Assembly (NCBI GenBank): GCA_031385045.1
Contig: JANNBC010000048.1
Location: 54,321-118,320, forward strand
DNA: 64,000 bases
Direction: 5' to 3'
From: a bacterium
Lineage (GTDB): Bacteria; Bdellovibrionota_C; UBA2361; CALJRW01
The translations under genes and the position numbers were made by a program. The stretch's first letter is position 1. Every line of letters starts with the position of its first letter. The notes below the pieces were generated by a model, which saw nothing but the letters and a program-made list of their open reading frames with translations, was not told where the DNA came from and did not search any database. This document shows, in pieces, positions 1 through 10,295 of this stretch.

Positions 1-1373
1 ATGATCTGTGGCCATGGATCTTCGCTTAATTGCTTGATACCAAGACTTAATCTTTCATCTTGTTTATTGATATCTAAGATAATTGCTTCAACATCTTTAC
101 CTTTCTTGAAAGTATTCTTCAGATCGTTAGCATCCTTAAATTTCTCTAACCAAGAGATATCACTTAAGTGAACTAAGCCATCAATTCCCTCTTCCACACC
201 AACGAATAATCCGAAGTCTGTGATTGAGCGAACTTTTCCAGTAATCTTAGTTCCGACTGGAAATCTTTCATGAAGAGTATCCCATGGATTTGTTCCAAGA
301 TGTTTCAAGCTTAAGCTAATCTTACGCTCTGGAATATCAACATTAGTGATCATCGTTTCGATCTCTTGTCCTTTAGTATAAGACTTACCTAAAGACTTAG
401 TACGTTTAGTCCAGCTGATGTCATCAACATGTAAGAAGCCATCAATTCCATCACGTAATTCAACATGAATTCCGAAATCGGCAATTGAAACAATCTTACC
501 AGAAACTTTCTGACCTTGAGCGTAGATTCCATCAACTTTCTCCCATGGATCATCAGTTAACTGCTTCATACCAAGGCTGACTCTTTCTTTCTCTTCGTCG
601 TAAGAAACAACTACCACAGCAACCTTCTGCCCAACTGATAATCGATCAGAAGGGTGATCGATATGAGACCAAGTAATATCTGTAATATGCAACAAGCCAT
701 CAATACCACCTAAATCTACGAACGCGCCGTAATCAGTAATATTTTTAACTGTTCCTTCTAAGATTACACCTTCACCTAAAGCTTTAAGAGTTTCAGTTCT
801 TAACTCTTCACGTTCAGAAAGAAGTAATGTCCGCCTGGATACAACAATATTGCCTTTTTCTTTAGTGATCTTTAAAACTTTAAAGTCGTAAAGGTTACCA
901 ATAAAACGGTCTAAAGTTTTGTGAGGCTTAATATCTACTTGAGAACCAGGTAAGAAAGCTGGGATTCCGATATCCACTTGTAATCCACCCTTAACTTTAT
1001 GCTGAACACGTCCTGTTACAACACCACCATTCTCAAATTTATCTTCTACATCTTTCCAGATACGAATCTGCTTAGCTCTTTCATGAGACAAGATGATTTG
1101 GTTATGCTCATTTTCTAGAGCAACGATAAAAACTTCAACATAGTCACCGACTGTGCAAGTAAGTTTTTCTTCTAAATTATAAAATTCTTCTTTAGGGACA
1201 ACTCCGATTGATTTGTAGTTAACGTCAACGTGAACAAATTCTTTGTCCAACATTACAACTTTTCCCATGACGATTCTTGAAGGTCGAATTGCTTCGATCG
1301 CTTTAGATATCTGATTATCAAAAGCATCAGCAAATGTGCGAGAGGCTCCCGCAGCGTTAGAATTATTTTCCAT
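1..1373 (-). CDS. rpsA: 30S ribosomal protein S1. The N-terminus is at 1373; the 3' end is cut by the window edge
   Basis: The minus-strand translation starts MENNSNAAGASRTFADAFDNQ... and stays open to position 1. It contains the repeated S1-domain signature (G.V.G.V..ITDFGAFV.LGGIDGLLHI.DISW...). It lies immediately downstream of cmk, as in proteobacteria. Confidence 0.85.
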   Translation of the reverse strand, partial: MENNSNAAGASRTFADAFDNQISKAIEAIRPSRIVMGKVVMLDKEFVHVDVNYKSIGVVPKEEFYNLEEKLTCTVGDYVEVFIVALENEHNQIILSHERAKQIRIWKDVEDKFENGGVVTGRVQHKVKGGLQVDIGIPAFLPGSQVDIKPHKTLDRFIGNLYDFKVLKITKEKGNIVVSRRTLLLSEREELRTETLKALGEGVILEGTVKNITDYGAFVDLGGIDGLLHITDITWSHIDHPSDRLSVGQKVAVVVVSYDEEKERVSLGMKQLTDDPWEKVDGIYAQGQKVSGKIVSIADFGIHVELRDGIDGFLHVDDISWTKRTKSLGKSYTKGQEIETMITNVDIPERKISLSLKHLGTNPWDTLHERFPVGTKITGKVRSITDFGLFVGVEEGIDGLVHLSDISWLEKFKDANDLKNTFKKGKDVEAIILDINKQDERLSLGIKQLSEDPWPQI

Positions 1374-1538
1374 ATTTCTTTAAAGTTTAAAACGGCGACA
1401 TGCCAATCCATCCAATGCCAATTCTAAATTACAATGATTAAACCCAAGACTTAGGTCGCTAATTGAATTTTAAACAAAACTATTTGGACAAACGCTCAAA
1501 ACTGAAACCTGCTGATGTTTTTGGGCACAGCTACAATC

Positions 1539-2249
1539 TCATTTACACAGGTTTTGAGTTGCGTAATTATACACGTAATTAACCACTTCAGTCAACGTTT
1601 GCTGGGAGTTATCGATGATTAGTGCTCCAACTGCTGGAATAGTTGGGGCAACATCCCTGGTAGTATCCCGATGATTCCGCTCTTCAATTTCAATTTTCAA
1701 CTGTTTTTTAAGCAATTCTGGGTCACTTTCTGCGGCATCAGGATTATTTTTTAAAATCTGGTTTAGGCGTCTTTCTACTAAAATCTCTGGAGAACAGGTT
1801 AAAAAAACCTTTAATTCCGCATCTGGAAAGATAATTGTTCCCATATCCCTCCCTTCGGCAATTAGATTCTCCCCAACGAAGGCATTTTTCTGCATATCTA
1901 ATAAATAGTCCCGAATTAACTGATGTAGCGCCAAAGAAGATGTCGCCTCGGAAACTTCTGGCTGAAGAGCTGCCATGGTCACATTCTCTCCATTAAGAAT
2001 TAACTTATTATTCAGATCCTCAGTCGGCTCTAATTTAATTTCTGTATTTTTTAAAATCGGCAATAAGTCTTCCGGGCGATCAAAAGAAACCTGATTCTTT
2101 AGTGCTAAGTAACCAACCGCTCGATAAAGTAATCCAGAACTTAAATAACGATAGTCTAACCTCTTAGCCAATTCTCTAGAGACCGCAGTTTTTCCACTTC
2201 CAGCTAGGCCATCAATTGTAATCACAATGCGCGATTGTCGTGTCGACAT
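1539..2249 (-). CDS. cmk: cytidylate kinase
   Basis: P-loop ITIDGLAGSGKT near the N-terminus; length 236 aa; sits upstream of rpsA. Confidence 0.85.
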   Translation of the reverse strand: MSTRQSRIVITIDGLAGSGKTAVSRELAKRLDYRYLSSGLLYRAVGYLALKNQVSFDRPEDLLPILKNTEIKLEPTEDLNNKLILNGENVTMAALQPEVSEATSSLALHQLIRDYLLDMQKNAFVGENLIAEGRDMGTIIFPDAELKVFLTCSPEILVERRLNQILKNNPDAAESDPELLKKQLKIEIEERNHRDTTRDVAPTIPAVGALIIDNSQQTLTEVVNYVYNYATQNLCK

Positions 2250-2289
2250 ATTTTTGGATAATTTTTAAAAGTTAGTCTATATTGGCTCA

Positions 2290-2934
2290 GTGAACAGTAT
2301 AATTCAAGTTTTAAAAGATCAAGGCAAAGGCCGGGCCTTCTGCTTTATTCAAGAAGAAAAGTCCTCCGGCGAATTTTCTCTAGAACAATTAGAAAGTTGT
2401 TTTGTCAGCAACTCGCGAATCCTAGTAATCCAAACACCGATTGTCTCCGATGATAATTGGCTTTTAATTTCAGAGCAGATCCTTAAAACTCTGGAAGAAA
2501 TGGGGATTCGCCAAGTTTCCTTTGTTGGCTTAGGAGCGACAACTAGCCTGTGTCAACATATCGCACTGATCAACAACAAGCTAACCAGATCGCTTGTATT
2601 GATTAATCCAATGACTAGACCAAACCCTACTCGCTTCCAAAAAATTGTAGATCGAGTTGAGAACTTTCTCCCTTTAGGATTACCACTACGTCAGAAAACT
2701 AAAAACTTTGATAGTAAACCATTTTTACAAAGGCTACGTTCTCCTCTTTTAATCTTAACCACCAATGACGTAGATCATTACACTACTCAGGAATCTCAAT
2801 TAATGTTAAAGCGCGTGCCAACATCTTGGCATGTTCAACTTAATAATGAACAACCAGAGAAAAAAGCATCTGACTTAATTAATGAGTTTGAGAATGTTCC
2901 CGTTAAATGTCCACAGAAAAATCTGACAAAATAA
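2290..2934 (+). CDS. hypothetical protein, possibly a degenerate alpha/beta-hydrolase fold
   Basis: 214-aa ORF. There is no clear GxSxG nucleophile elbow; VGLGATTS is the only weak resemblance. Confidence 0.3.
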   Translation: MNSIIQVLKDQGKGRAFCFIQEEKSSGEFSLEQLESCFVSNSRILVIQTPIVSDDNWLLISEQILKTLEEMGIRQVSFVGLGATTSLCQHIALINNKLTRSLVLINPMTRPNPTRFQKIVDRVENFLPLGLPLRQKTKNFDSKPFLQRLRSPLLILTTNDVDHYTTQESQLMLKRVPTSWHVQLNNEQPEKKASDLINEFENVPVKCPQKNLTK

Positions 2935-3125
2935 CTTCGAGTAGCAAAAACCTTAGACTTTATTTTAAACACCGCTCTTGATCCGCTTCTAGAATTCAAC
3001 ATAGCACTTTTACTTAATCAAACTTTTAGGATGGAATAGGAATAGAACTAAATATAGATTTGATTAAAGACTTAAAAAAGATCTGAGATTAAAGATCTAC
3101 AATTATTAATTTTTAGAATTATACA

Positions 3126-3554
3126 CTAATTAAATAAGCTAAATTTTCTGGTTAGCTCCTTGACCAATAAAGTATCGCCAAAGAAACAAACTCCATAGTA
3201 TTCTAGTTCCAGCTCAGACGTCATTTTAGTGGCTTGTAATTGCTCGGCGGAAGTACCTAGTATCATTGTCGATACAAAATCTGTATAGGCTAGACCCTTG
3301 CTCAATACTTCATTCCTTAAAGATCTTAGCTTACTAGAATTATCGGCTCTTAAAACAATAAATGGATAATGTGAAATATTTGGATGCTTTGTTTGATTTA
3401 AATCTTGATATTCTAAAAAACATAAGTCTTCTAAAGGTAATCCCGAAACTAAGCCAGCAGTCATATGGCCTAATGCATTCAAAAGACGACCAATTTCAAT
3501 TTGCTTATTGAGAACTGCAACAAAGCGTTTTTCATTTTCATCTGGTAAATGCAT
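3126..3554 (-). CDS. hypothetical protein
   Basis: 142-aa ORF with no recognisable motif. It fills the gap between flanking genes on the opposite strand. Confidence 0.3.
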   Translation of the reverse strand: MHLPDENEKRFVAVLNKQIEIGRLLNALGHMTAGLVSGLPLEDLCFLEYQDLNQTKHPNISHYPFIVLRADNSSKLRSLRNEVLSKGLAYTDFVSTMILGTSAEQLQATKMTSELELEYYGVCFFGDTLLVKELTRKFSLFN

Positions 3555-3626
3555 AGTACACCCAAGTCAAAAGACTCAATAAACAATTTTTGAAAAAATA
3601 ACAGATTTACACTAGATTACCAAGAC

Positions 3627-4469
3627 GTGTCTAAGATAACTAAACTCCACTCAACTAACGATAGCCTAAGCAAAGATTTGGTGCTTACTCCAATTGGTTA
3701 TATTCATACCACTATGCAAGCTAAGTTTGATGCACCACATCAACCCAGTGGATCTGAGAAAGAGATTAGTGTGATCGAATTAATTGCTGACAGTCGATTA
3801 GAAGTAGCCCTCACTGACTTAGAAAGCTTTAGTCATATTTGGCTAATTTGGTGGTTTCATCGAAACCCTAACTGGAGAGCTAAAGTTCTTCCACCCCGAG
3901 GCCCAGAAAAAAGACGTGGTTTATTTGCTACCCGTTCACCGCACCGACCAAATCCAATCGGAATGACTGCTGTGCAGTTACTGAAAATTGAAAAAAATAA
4001 AATCTATATTGGAAGCCATGATCTAGTTGATGGCACTCCAATCCTTGATCTAAAACCATATCTACCAAAAGTAGATTCATTTCCTCAGGCTAATAGTGGA
4101 TGGATTGGTCAAATAGAAGCAGAGTTAGAGAAAAGCCCCAAGTATCAAATTGCATTTTCAGAACTAGCAAAGAAACAACTCCAATGGTTTGAATCTCAGG
4201 GAATTAATTTTATTGACCGAGCTTGCGAACTCTTAAGGATTGACCCTTCCCCACATCGCACTCGACGGATTAAGAAACAACCGAACAATAAATTTCGAAT
4301 GGGCTGTGGAGGATGGAGATTAATTTTTGTTATTCAGGACAATCAAATTTTAGTTGAGAAGTTCTATTCTGGTTATCCCAAAAGTAGTTTAAAAAAAGAA
4401 AGTGAATCCTTAATCCTCAACTACAATTCGCAAGTTGCCTTTTATGACATCTGGGAGAATGAAGAATAA
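3627..4469 (+). CDS. trmO: tRNA (t6A37-N6)-methyltransferase TrmO / TsaA-YaeB family, with a roughly 130-aa C-terminal extension
   Basis: Family-typical N-terminal blocks: IGYIHT...FDAPHQP, SHIWLIWWFHRN, RSPHRPNPIG, DGTPILDLKPY. Confidence 0.7.
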   Translation: MSKITKLHSTNDSLSKDLVLTPIGYIHTTMQAKFDAPHQPSGSEKEISVIELIADSRLEVALTDLESFSHIWLIWWFHRNPNWRAKVLPPRGPEKRRGLFATRSPHRPNPIGMTAVQLLKIEKNKIYIGSHDLVDGTPILDLKPYLPKVDSFPQANSGWIGQIEAELEKSPKYQIAFSELAKKQLQWFESQGINFIDRACELLRIDPSPHRTRRIKKQPNNKFRMGCGGWRLIFVIQDNQILVEKFYSGYPKSSLKKESESLILNYNSQVAFYDIWENEE

Positions 4470-4538
4470 CCGAATTGCTCCTTTGCTGTTCATCCGTGAT
4501 TGTGTATCCTCACACAGTAATTTCCAAAAAATATCAGA

Positions 4539-6491
4539 ATGCCTATCGCTCGATTAAAAAGATATACTAAAAAGACCTTCAAATTAGTTCTTTCTTTAAT
4601 ACTCTTAACTTTTATCTTACTGGAAATAATCTACCTACTACTTTCTAGCTCTAGCTTTATCACCAAGTTGGCTTTTCCAGAGATTAGCAAAAGAAGCGGA
4701 ATAAAAATTACCGCTGAGGAACTAAACCTGAAAATATTTTCAGGAATCAATGCCAAAAAAGTCCATATTATTTTCCCAAGCGGCTTAGAAATAGAAGCCC
4801 AACAAGTTGATTTAAGTTTTATTTTCAAAAAACTATTTGAGGATACCTTCCACCTAAATAATTTAACTGTTTCAGGCTTAAAGTTTAATGACCCTAAAAT
4901 TGGCTCAGCTATTGCGGATCTACAAGTTTCTGGAAGCTATCTTTTTACTGAGGAACAAATAAAAGTTGAGCTAGCAGGAGAATTAGAAACTTTATACTTA
5001 AACGATCAACCAAGCCTAAACTTTAATCACCCGGCCAAGCTAAATTTGAACTTAGATATTGATCCTAAAACTTTAAAAACTATTTTAATTAAAACAAAAA
5101 TTGAGAATTTAGATCTTACAGATTCAGAGATTGGTAGTAGTCAAGCAACTATTGAATTTAGCGGAAGCTACTCTACGGCAAATGGCGACTGCAAGGGCGA
5201 GCTAAAATCCGACTTCCAAAAACTAGCAGTTAATTATTTTCCGAAGCTGCTTTTAAAAAAAGATAGTAGTTTTTCTACCGACTTTGAATACACTAAGAAA
5301 AATCTTAATCTAAAAAAATTTACAATTAAGCTTCAACCAGAAGACCAAGAGCTACTCAAGATCAACGGCCAAGGGATTATCAATCTTCCTAAAAATGATT
5401 ACGATTTAAAGGTAGATTTACAGACTAAATCTATCGAACTACAAAAACTCTTGGCGTTATTTGACCCAGTAGCTAAGACTAATGCAACAAACAATAAAAA
5501 CTCAGCAAAAAAACAGCAAAGCAACTCTCCGCCCTTAAAATTAGCTATTCAATATCAAATTGAAACAGATCGATTTGCTTATTTAGGACATGCCCTACAA
5601 GCAGCTAAAGCAACTGGTGCTTTTTTAATGCCAAAAAGCCAAAGACCTGAACTTGCTAGTTTGCCCGGAGATTTGTCATATCAATTTATTATTTCTGCTA
5701 ATCAATTAGATACCTATGGTTTAAAGCTCACAAAGCTTCAGACCAAGGGTTTTGGATCAGATCAACAATTAAAAATAGAAGCATTAAATTTTCTTCAAGG
5801 GGAAAAGGCCTCAGTCGATACTAACGGAACACTGGAATTTACTAATAAAAAGTTTACCTTGTACCTAGCACTGAAGGATTTACAATTAGAGTCTATCCTT
5901 CCAGCGCTTTGTGGAGAAAAATGTCAGGCAATTAAAGGAAAGATTCCTTTAGCTAAACTAGCCTTACAAGGGACTGCTAGTGGAGAAGAATTTAGCAATT
6001 CTCTGACTGGTACTGTAGCAATGACTGGTGATAATGTTTTTTTACCAGCAAGATTTCAAGACATTCCACCAGTAAATTTAATCTTTCTTCCTTATTCAAT
6101 TGTCTCTGAAATTAGTAGCCTAACAATTGTTCATCTGCTCCCAGCAGGCTTGCTGAATATTAGCTCAAAGGCAGACAATGCACTTAGTGAATCAGGACGA
6201 ATTAAAATTAATGATTTTAATCTTCAAGTATTAATTAATCAGGAAGCCTACGATCTACAAACAGCAGACTTTCATATGAACCTAGTTCCTAGTGCAAATT
6301 TTAGTGGTAGTATTTATAAAAATAAGCGTTTAAATATTGAACTTGGAATGTGGTTACTTGGTATTCAAATTAGAATCCCTGTTGGCGGAACAGTATCATT
6401 ACCCCTACCGCAGCTCTATAAGTTGCCAATTACCCTAGTTAAAGGTTTAGGCTTATCTGTGCTAGACTTAATTCCTGGGCAAAATAATTAA
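4539..6491 (+). CDS. large membrane-anchored periplasmic protein, possibly AsmA-like, of unknown function
   Basis: One N-terminal transmembrane helix (LVLSLILLTFILLEIIYLL) followed by a 600-aa soluble region. It sits immediately upstream of the Mla-like operon. Confidence 0.45.
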   Translation: MPIARLKRYTKKTFKLVLSLILLTFILLEIIYLLLSSSSFITKLAFPEISKRSGIKITAEELNLKIFSGINAKKVHIIFPSGLEIEAQQVDLSFIFKKLFEDTFHLNNLTVSGLKFNDPKIGSAIADLQVSGSYLFTEEQIKVELAGELETLYLNDQPSLNFNHPAKLNLNLDIDPKTLKTILIKTKIENLDLTDSEIGSSQATIEFSGSYSTANGDCKGELKSDFQKLAVNYFPKLLLKKDSSFSTDFEYTKKNLNLKKFTIKLQPEDQELLKINGQGIINLPKNDYDLKVDLQTKSIELQKLLALFDPVAKTNATNNKNSAKKQQSNSPPLKLAIQYQIETDRFAYLGHALQAAKATGAFLMPKSQRPELASLPGDLSYQFIISANQLDTYGLKLTKLQTKGFGSDQQLKIEALNFLQGEKASVDTNGTLEFTNKKFTLYLALKDLQLESILPALCGEKCQAIKGKIPLAKLALQGTASGEEFSNSLTGTVAMTGDNVFLPARFQDIPPVNLIFLPYSIVSEISSLTIVHLLPAGLLNISSKADNALSESGRIKINDFNLQVLINQEAYDLQTADFHMNLVPSANFSGSIYKNKRLNIELGMWLLGIQIRIPVGGTVSLPLPQLYKLPITLVKGLGLSVLDLIPGQNN

Positions 6492-6495
6492 AGCT

Positions 6496-7632
6496 TTGAA
6501 AAATATGAATAATTTAGAATTTAATTGGCAGAAGAATTCTTTAGGATCAAGCTTATTTATTTCGGGAGATTTAGTATTAAATAATTTACCGATAGTACTT
6601 CCAACTGCGGAATTAAATCTAAATAGTCTAACAAAAGTAATAATCAATTGCTGCGCAGTTACTCAAATTGATACTAGTGGAGCAAATGCCTTGATACTGG
6701 CATTCATAGGGTTGGGGCTTTCTAAGGAGCAAATTGTTCTAGAGCAAATATCAAGTGAACAAGAAAATATCTTTAAGCTTGTAAACGAAAGATCGGAAAC
6801 TAAAGACCAAGCAAAAACTCCTGAAAAGTTTTTTTTATATCGCTGGATTTATTCTCTGGGTATTTCAGCCGAGGCAGTACTAAAAATTACCGCCTCGCAT
6901 ATCACTCTGCTGGGACACCTCATCTCAATTCTAACCTTCTATCTTTTTAATCCTAAAAAAATTAGATCACGAGAAATCTTTTCGCAACTAGAACAAACTG
7001 GCATACAAGCAATTCCAGTTGTCATGTTAGTAACTTTTTTAATTGGCATAGTCGTCTCTTATCTATTAGCGATGCAAGCTGAGAAATTTGGCGCTTCAAT
7101 TTTTGTCGTTGATGGAGTTGCCTTAGCAATGTGTCGCGAGATGTCTCCGATCTTAGTTGCAATTATCCTTGCTGGTAGATCAGGATCAGCTTTCACTGCT
7201 CAATTAGGGGCCATGAAGTTAACTGAAGAAATTGATGCCTTAAAAAGTATTGGACTAAATTCTTTTGATGTTTTGATTTTTCCAAGAATTTTTTCACTTT
7301 TAGTGGCCTTACCTTTACTCGTTTTTATCGGTGATATTGTTGGGATGTTTGGTGGTATGCTTGTTACTGATAATTACTTAAACTTAACAAGTACTTCGTT
7401 TATGCAAAGACTAGAACAAGTACTAACATTAAAACATGTCCTTGTTGGCTTAATTAAAGCCCCTGTTTTTGCTCTGGCAATTGGCTTAATTGCTTGTCGA
7501 GTTGGGATGGAAGTAGAAAAAGATGCCCGGAGCGTTGGACTATCAACAACAAAAACTGTTGTGCGAAGCATCGTAGTTGTAATCTTAATGAATGCTGCCT
7601 TTACTGTTGTCTTTGCAAACTTAGGATTTTGA
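6496..7632 (+). CDS. mlaE: MlaE-type ABC permease with an N-terminal STAS (MlaB-like) domain fused
   Basis: The N-terminal ~100 aa look like STAS (…VIINCCAVTQIDTSGANALILAF…). The C-terminal part is a multi-TM MlaE-like permease (FPRIFSLLVALPLLVFIGDIVGMFGG…). It is followed by mlaF. Confidence 0.7.
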   Translation: MKNMNNLEFNWQKNSLGSSLFISGDLVLNNLPIVLPTAELNLNSLTKVIINCCAVTQIDTSGANALILAFIGLGLSKEQIVLEQISSEQENIFKLVNERSETKDQAKTPEKFFLYRWIYSLGISAEAVLKITASHITLLGHLISILTFYLFNPKKIRSREIFSQLEQTGIQAIPVVMLVTFLIGIVVSYLLAMQAEKFGASIFVVDGVALAMCREMSPILVAIILAGRSGSAFTAQLGAMKLTEEIDALKSIGLNSFDVLIFPRIFSLLVALPLLVFIGDIVGMFGGMLVTDNYLNLTSTSFMQRLEQVLTLKHVLVGLIKAPVFALAIGLIACRVGMEVEKDARSVGLSTTKTVVRSIVVVILMNAAFTVVFANLGF

Positions 7633-7633
7633 A

Positions 7634-8368
7634 ATGAGTCCAATTCTAGAAATAAAAAATCTGCATACCCAATTTGGCTCCCAAATAGTCCATAATGGTT
7701 TATCATTTACAATTACAGAACCTGCCTACATTGCACTAATTGGTGGAAGCGGTACTGGTAAGAGTGTTTTACTTAAACAGATTATTGGCTTAAGCAAACC
7801 TAAATCTGGCGAAATATTAATCTTTGGTCAGACCCCAGACTATACCTTCAGTGAACAAGGGATTCAGGAAAATCCAGTGGGAATTCTTTTTCAACAAGGA
7901 GCACTTTTTTCCTCACTTTCGGTCTTAGAAAACGTCGAAGCACCACTTCGAGAACATACAAAACTTGATTTCACCGAACGTCGCAAAGTTGCTCGTTTAA
8001 AATTAGGACTGGCGGGCTTTCCACTTAGTTCGGAAAATAAAATGCCCAGCGAACTATCTGGTGGAATGTTAAAACGAGCAGCATTAGCAAGGGCGCTCGC
8101 ATTAGAACCTAAACTGTTACTTTGCGATGAGCCAGCCTCCGGACTTGATCCAATTAATGCTCGTGCTTTCGATCGACTAATGCTAACTTTGACACAATCT
8201 TTGAAAATTACGGCTCTGACTGTCACCCACGATCTAGCAAGTGTTTTAAATTATGCCAATCGAGTGATTGCCTTTGCCGAGGGTAAAATTTTAGCAGATG
8301 GAACCGCAACAGAGCTAGCAAAAGTTGATCATCCTTGGCTTTCTGAATATCTTAGTTCTGGAGAATAA
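7634..8368 (+). CDS. mlaF: ABC transporter ATP-binding protein MlaF
   Basis: Walker A GGSGTGKS; ABC signature LSGGMLKRAALARAL; Walker B LLLCDEP. Confidence 0.8.
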   Translation: MSPILEIKNLHTQFGSQIVHNGLSFTITEPAYIALIGGSGTGKSVLLKQIIGLSKPKSGEILIFGQTPDYTFSEQGIQENPVGILFQQGALFSSLSVLENVEAPLREHTKLDFTERRKVARLKLGLAGFPLSSENKMPSELSGGMLKRAALARALALEPKLLLCDEPASGLDPINARAFDRLMLTLTQSLKITALTVTHDLASVLNYANRVIAFAEGKILADGTATELAKVDHPWLSEYLSSGE

Positions 8369-8372
8369 TAAT

Positions 8373-9215
8373 ATGGATCAAGATCCTAAATACTTTTTTA
8401 TTGGCTTAATCGTTCTAACCTTAGTTGCTGGATTAAGCTTCTTTTTGCTCTGGGCAGCTAATTCTACCGAAGTTGCAGAAAAAATTAATTACGCTATTTA
8501 CTTAAAAGCTCAATCTCCTGCTGGCCTCCAAAAAGATGGACTTGTAATGATGAAAGGTATCAAAGTTGGAACGGTGCAAGAGATCATGTTTGATCCAACA
8601 GATGTCGAGCGAGTCTTAGTTCAGATCGTGGCTGATAGTAATGCTCCTATTAAAACTGATACCGCCGCGATTGTCCGTAGTAATTATGTAACAAGCCTTT
8701 CATATATTGATCTAATTGACTCAACTAAAGAATCCCCACTGCTACGTGAGGTGGGCGAAAAGAAAAAAGGTCGCTTTTTTATCCCAGAAGGAATAACCAA
8801 ACTAGACGAGCTACAAAATACCTTGCCAGAAATTTTAGACAATACCAGCAACCTATTAAAGCAGATGGAAAAGTTTCTAAGTAACTCCAATGTCGCCCAG
8901 ATTGCTAAGCTTCTAGAAAATACCGAGAAGATTACGGCTACAGTAGCCTCGCAAAGTGATGACATTGGCTCAGCTTTAAGCTCATTTTCAAAGGCGGCTA
9001 ACAATTTATCTCAATTAACCCAAGATCTTAAAACGGCCATGCAAACTATTCTCGCCCAGACTAATAAAATTGCCGAAGACTCGCAAAAACTTCTGACAAA
9101 AACAGCTAATAAGTTTGAACAAGCTGGAGATTCAGTTTCTAGTATGGCGCAAAGTATCAAGCAAGGAAAAGAAACTATCTTGGGACCAACAGAGAAAAAT
9201 CTTTTAAACGACTAA
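8373..9215 (+). CDS. mlaD: MCE-domain substrate-binding protein MlaD
   Basis: Start re-set to the internal ATG at 8373, which has an SD (GGAGAA) and lies 4 nt after the mlaF stop. One N-terminal TM helix, then an MCE domain (MMKGIKVGTVQEI…). Confidence 0.7.
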   Translation: MDQDPKYFFIGLIVLTLVAGLSFFLLWAANSTEVAEKINYAIYLKAQSPAGLQKDGLVMMKGIKVGTVQEIMFDPTDVERVLVQIVADSNAPIKTDTAAIVRSNYVTSLSYIDLIDSTKESPLLREVGEKKKGRFFIPEGITKLDELQNTLPEILDNTSNLLKQMEKFLSNSNVAQIAKLLENTEKITATVASQSDDIGSALSSFSKAANNLSQLTQDLKTAMQTILAQTNKIAEDSQKLLTKTANKFEQAGDSVSSMAQSIKQGKETILGPTEKNLLND

Positions 9216-9222
9216 GACAATT

Positions 9223-9705
9223 ATGAAAAAAATATTTTTACCATTGATTATATTATTATTTACTTTACTTAATGGCTGTTCTCTAACAGGAAAAAGTGAG
9301 CCACTGCAATACTTCACCCTAAATCCAATAGAAAATAGTTGTTTAAGAACTATTAATCTTTCTGGTCCATCTTACTTATTATCTGAGAAAATAATGTTAA
9401 AAAAGGGGCCGCATGCAATCGGCTCAATTAACAGTTCCTACTGGGTAACACCTTTGCAAATTTTAATCCCAGAAGTACTAACTTCCTCCCGAGGCACCAA
9501 ATCTTTAGATATTAAGATTGAAGAGCTAATTCTAAATCTAGACCAATCAAAAATACTTTTAAGAGCATTGATTAGAGATTGCTCCATAGCAAATTGCCAA
9601 GAAAGTCTGCTGATAGCGGAAGAAAAAACTAATAATGAAACATTAGCGATTGTGGAGGCTTATCAGCGAATACTAAATCAAGTTGTCAATAAATTATGTA
9701 GCTAA
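9223..9705 (+). CDS. ABC-transport auxiliary lipoprotein (PqiC/DUF330-like)
   Basis: Signal peptide with lipobox LLNGC; ~160 aa; last gene of the Mla/MCE operon. Confidence 0.5.
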   Translation: MKKIFLPLIILLFTLLNGCSLTGKSEPLQYFTLNPIENSCLRTINLSGPSYLLSEKIMLKKGPHAIGSINSSYWVTPLQILIPEVLTSSRGTKSLDIKIEELILNLDQSKILLRALIRDCSIANCQESLLIAEEKTNNETLAIVEAYQRILNQVVNKLCS

Positions 9706-9842
9706 AAAGTTGCTACTTCGCTCCTGTCGAAGATGCTGGCAGAGTAATGATTAATAGAATTACAGTTACTAATAAACTTAGCGGAAAAGGCAAAGTATTG
9801 TAAGCCTTGAATTCTTAAAATAATTCCCTCCGAAATCCAAAA

Positions 9843-10139
9843 TCAGGATTTATGACGAGAACTAAAATACTTTGTTACCTGCAAATAATCCTCATGAGTC
9901 CCACAAAAAGAGATCAAGGCAAAATACATAACTGCCCTGATGGTTTGCTTAAAGCCAAACTGAACATCTGCATCTGCTGCGAATGGCTGACTAAATTTTT
10001 CATCGGCTAATATCGTGGCAGGAGTAGGTTCAGATTTAATGGTAGGTTTAATTTCGGGTTTTAAAGGCTTCGGACGATCAACTAAATTTAAATTAGCGAA
10101 TGAGGGGAATGGAGCGGTGAGTTGTCCTGTCATAAGCAC
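9843..10139 (-). CDS. hypothetical protein
   Basis: 98-aa ORF, proline-rich in the N-terminal half; no motif. Confidence 0.25.
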   Translation of the reverse strand: MLMTGQLTAPFPSFANLNLVDRPKPLKPEIKPTIKSEPTPATILADEKFSQPFAADADVQFGFKQTIRAVMYFALISFCGTHEDYLQVTKYFSSRHKS

Positions 10140-10295
10140 GGTGCCTCAAAAACCAAATTTAACTTAACTAAAAGCAATTATTTTTTGAACTTATTCTATA
10201 GATAACAGCATATTTACCTACTGCCAATATACTAAAGTTAATTGGGGCTTAGTCTAATAATTCAGAACAAACGTTCAGTCAGGCAATTGCTGACA

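Noticed and set aside
4631-4828. Short antisense ORFs nested inside long genes. They include 4631-4828, 7374-7706, 7891-8226, 8684-9004, 15334-15592, 15798-16408, 18996-19418, 23895-24119, 24787-25110, 29119-29316, 30931-31116, 32404-32601, 39244-39432, 41997-42203, 43252-43440, 46749-47927, 48901-49168, 49462-49665, 50500-50745, 52340-52591, 59063-59454, 59908-60090, 61836-62027 and 62830-63057.
   Set aside because: Each lies wholly inside a longer ORF that has clear family motifs on the other strand or frame. Their compositions are low-complexity and they have no start context. They are treated as shadow ORFs.
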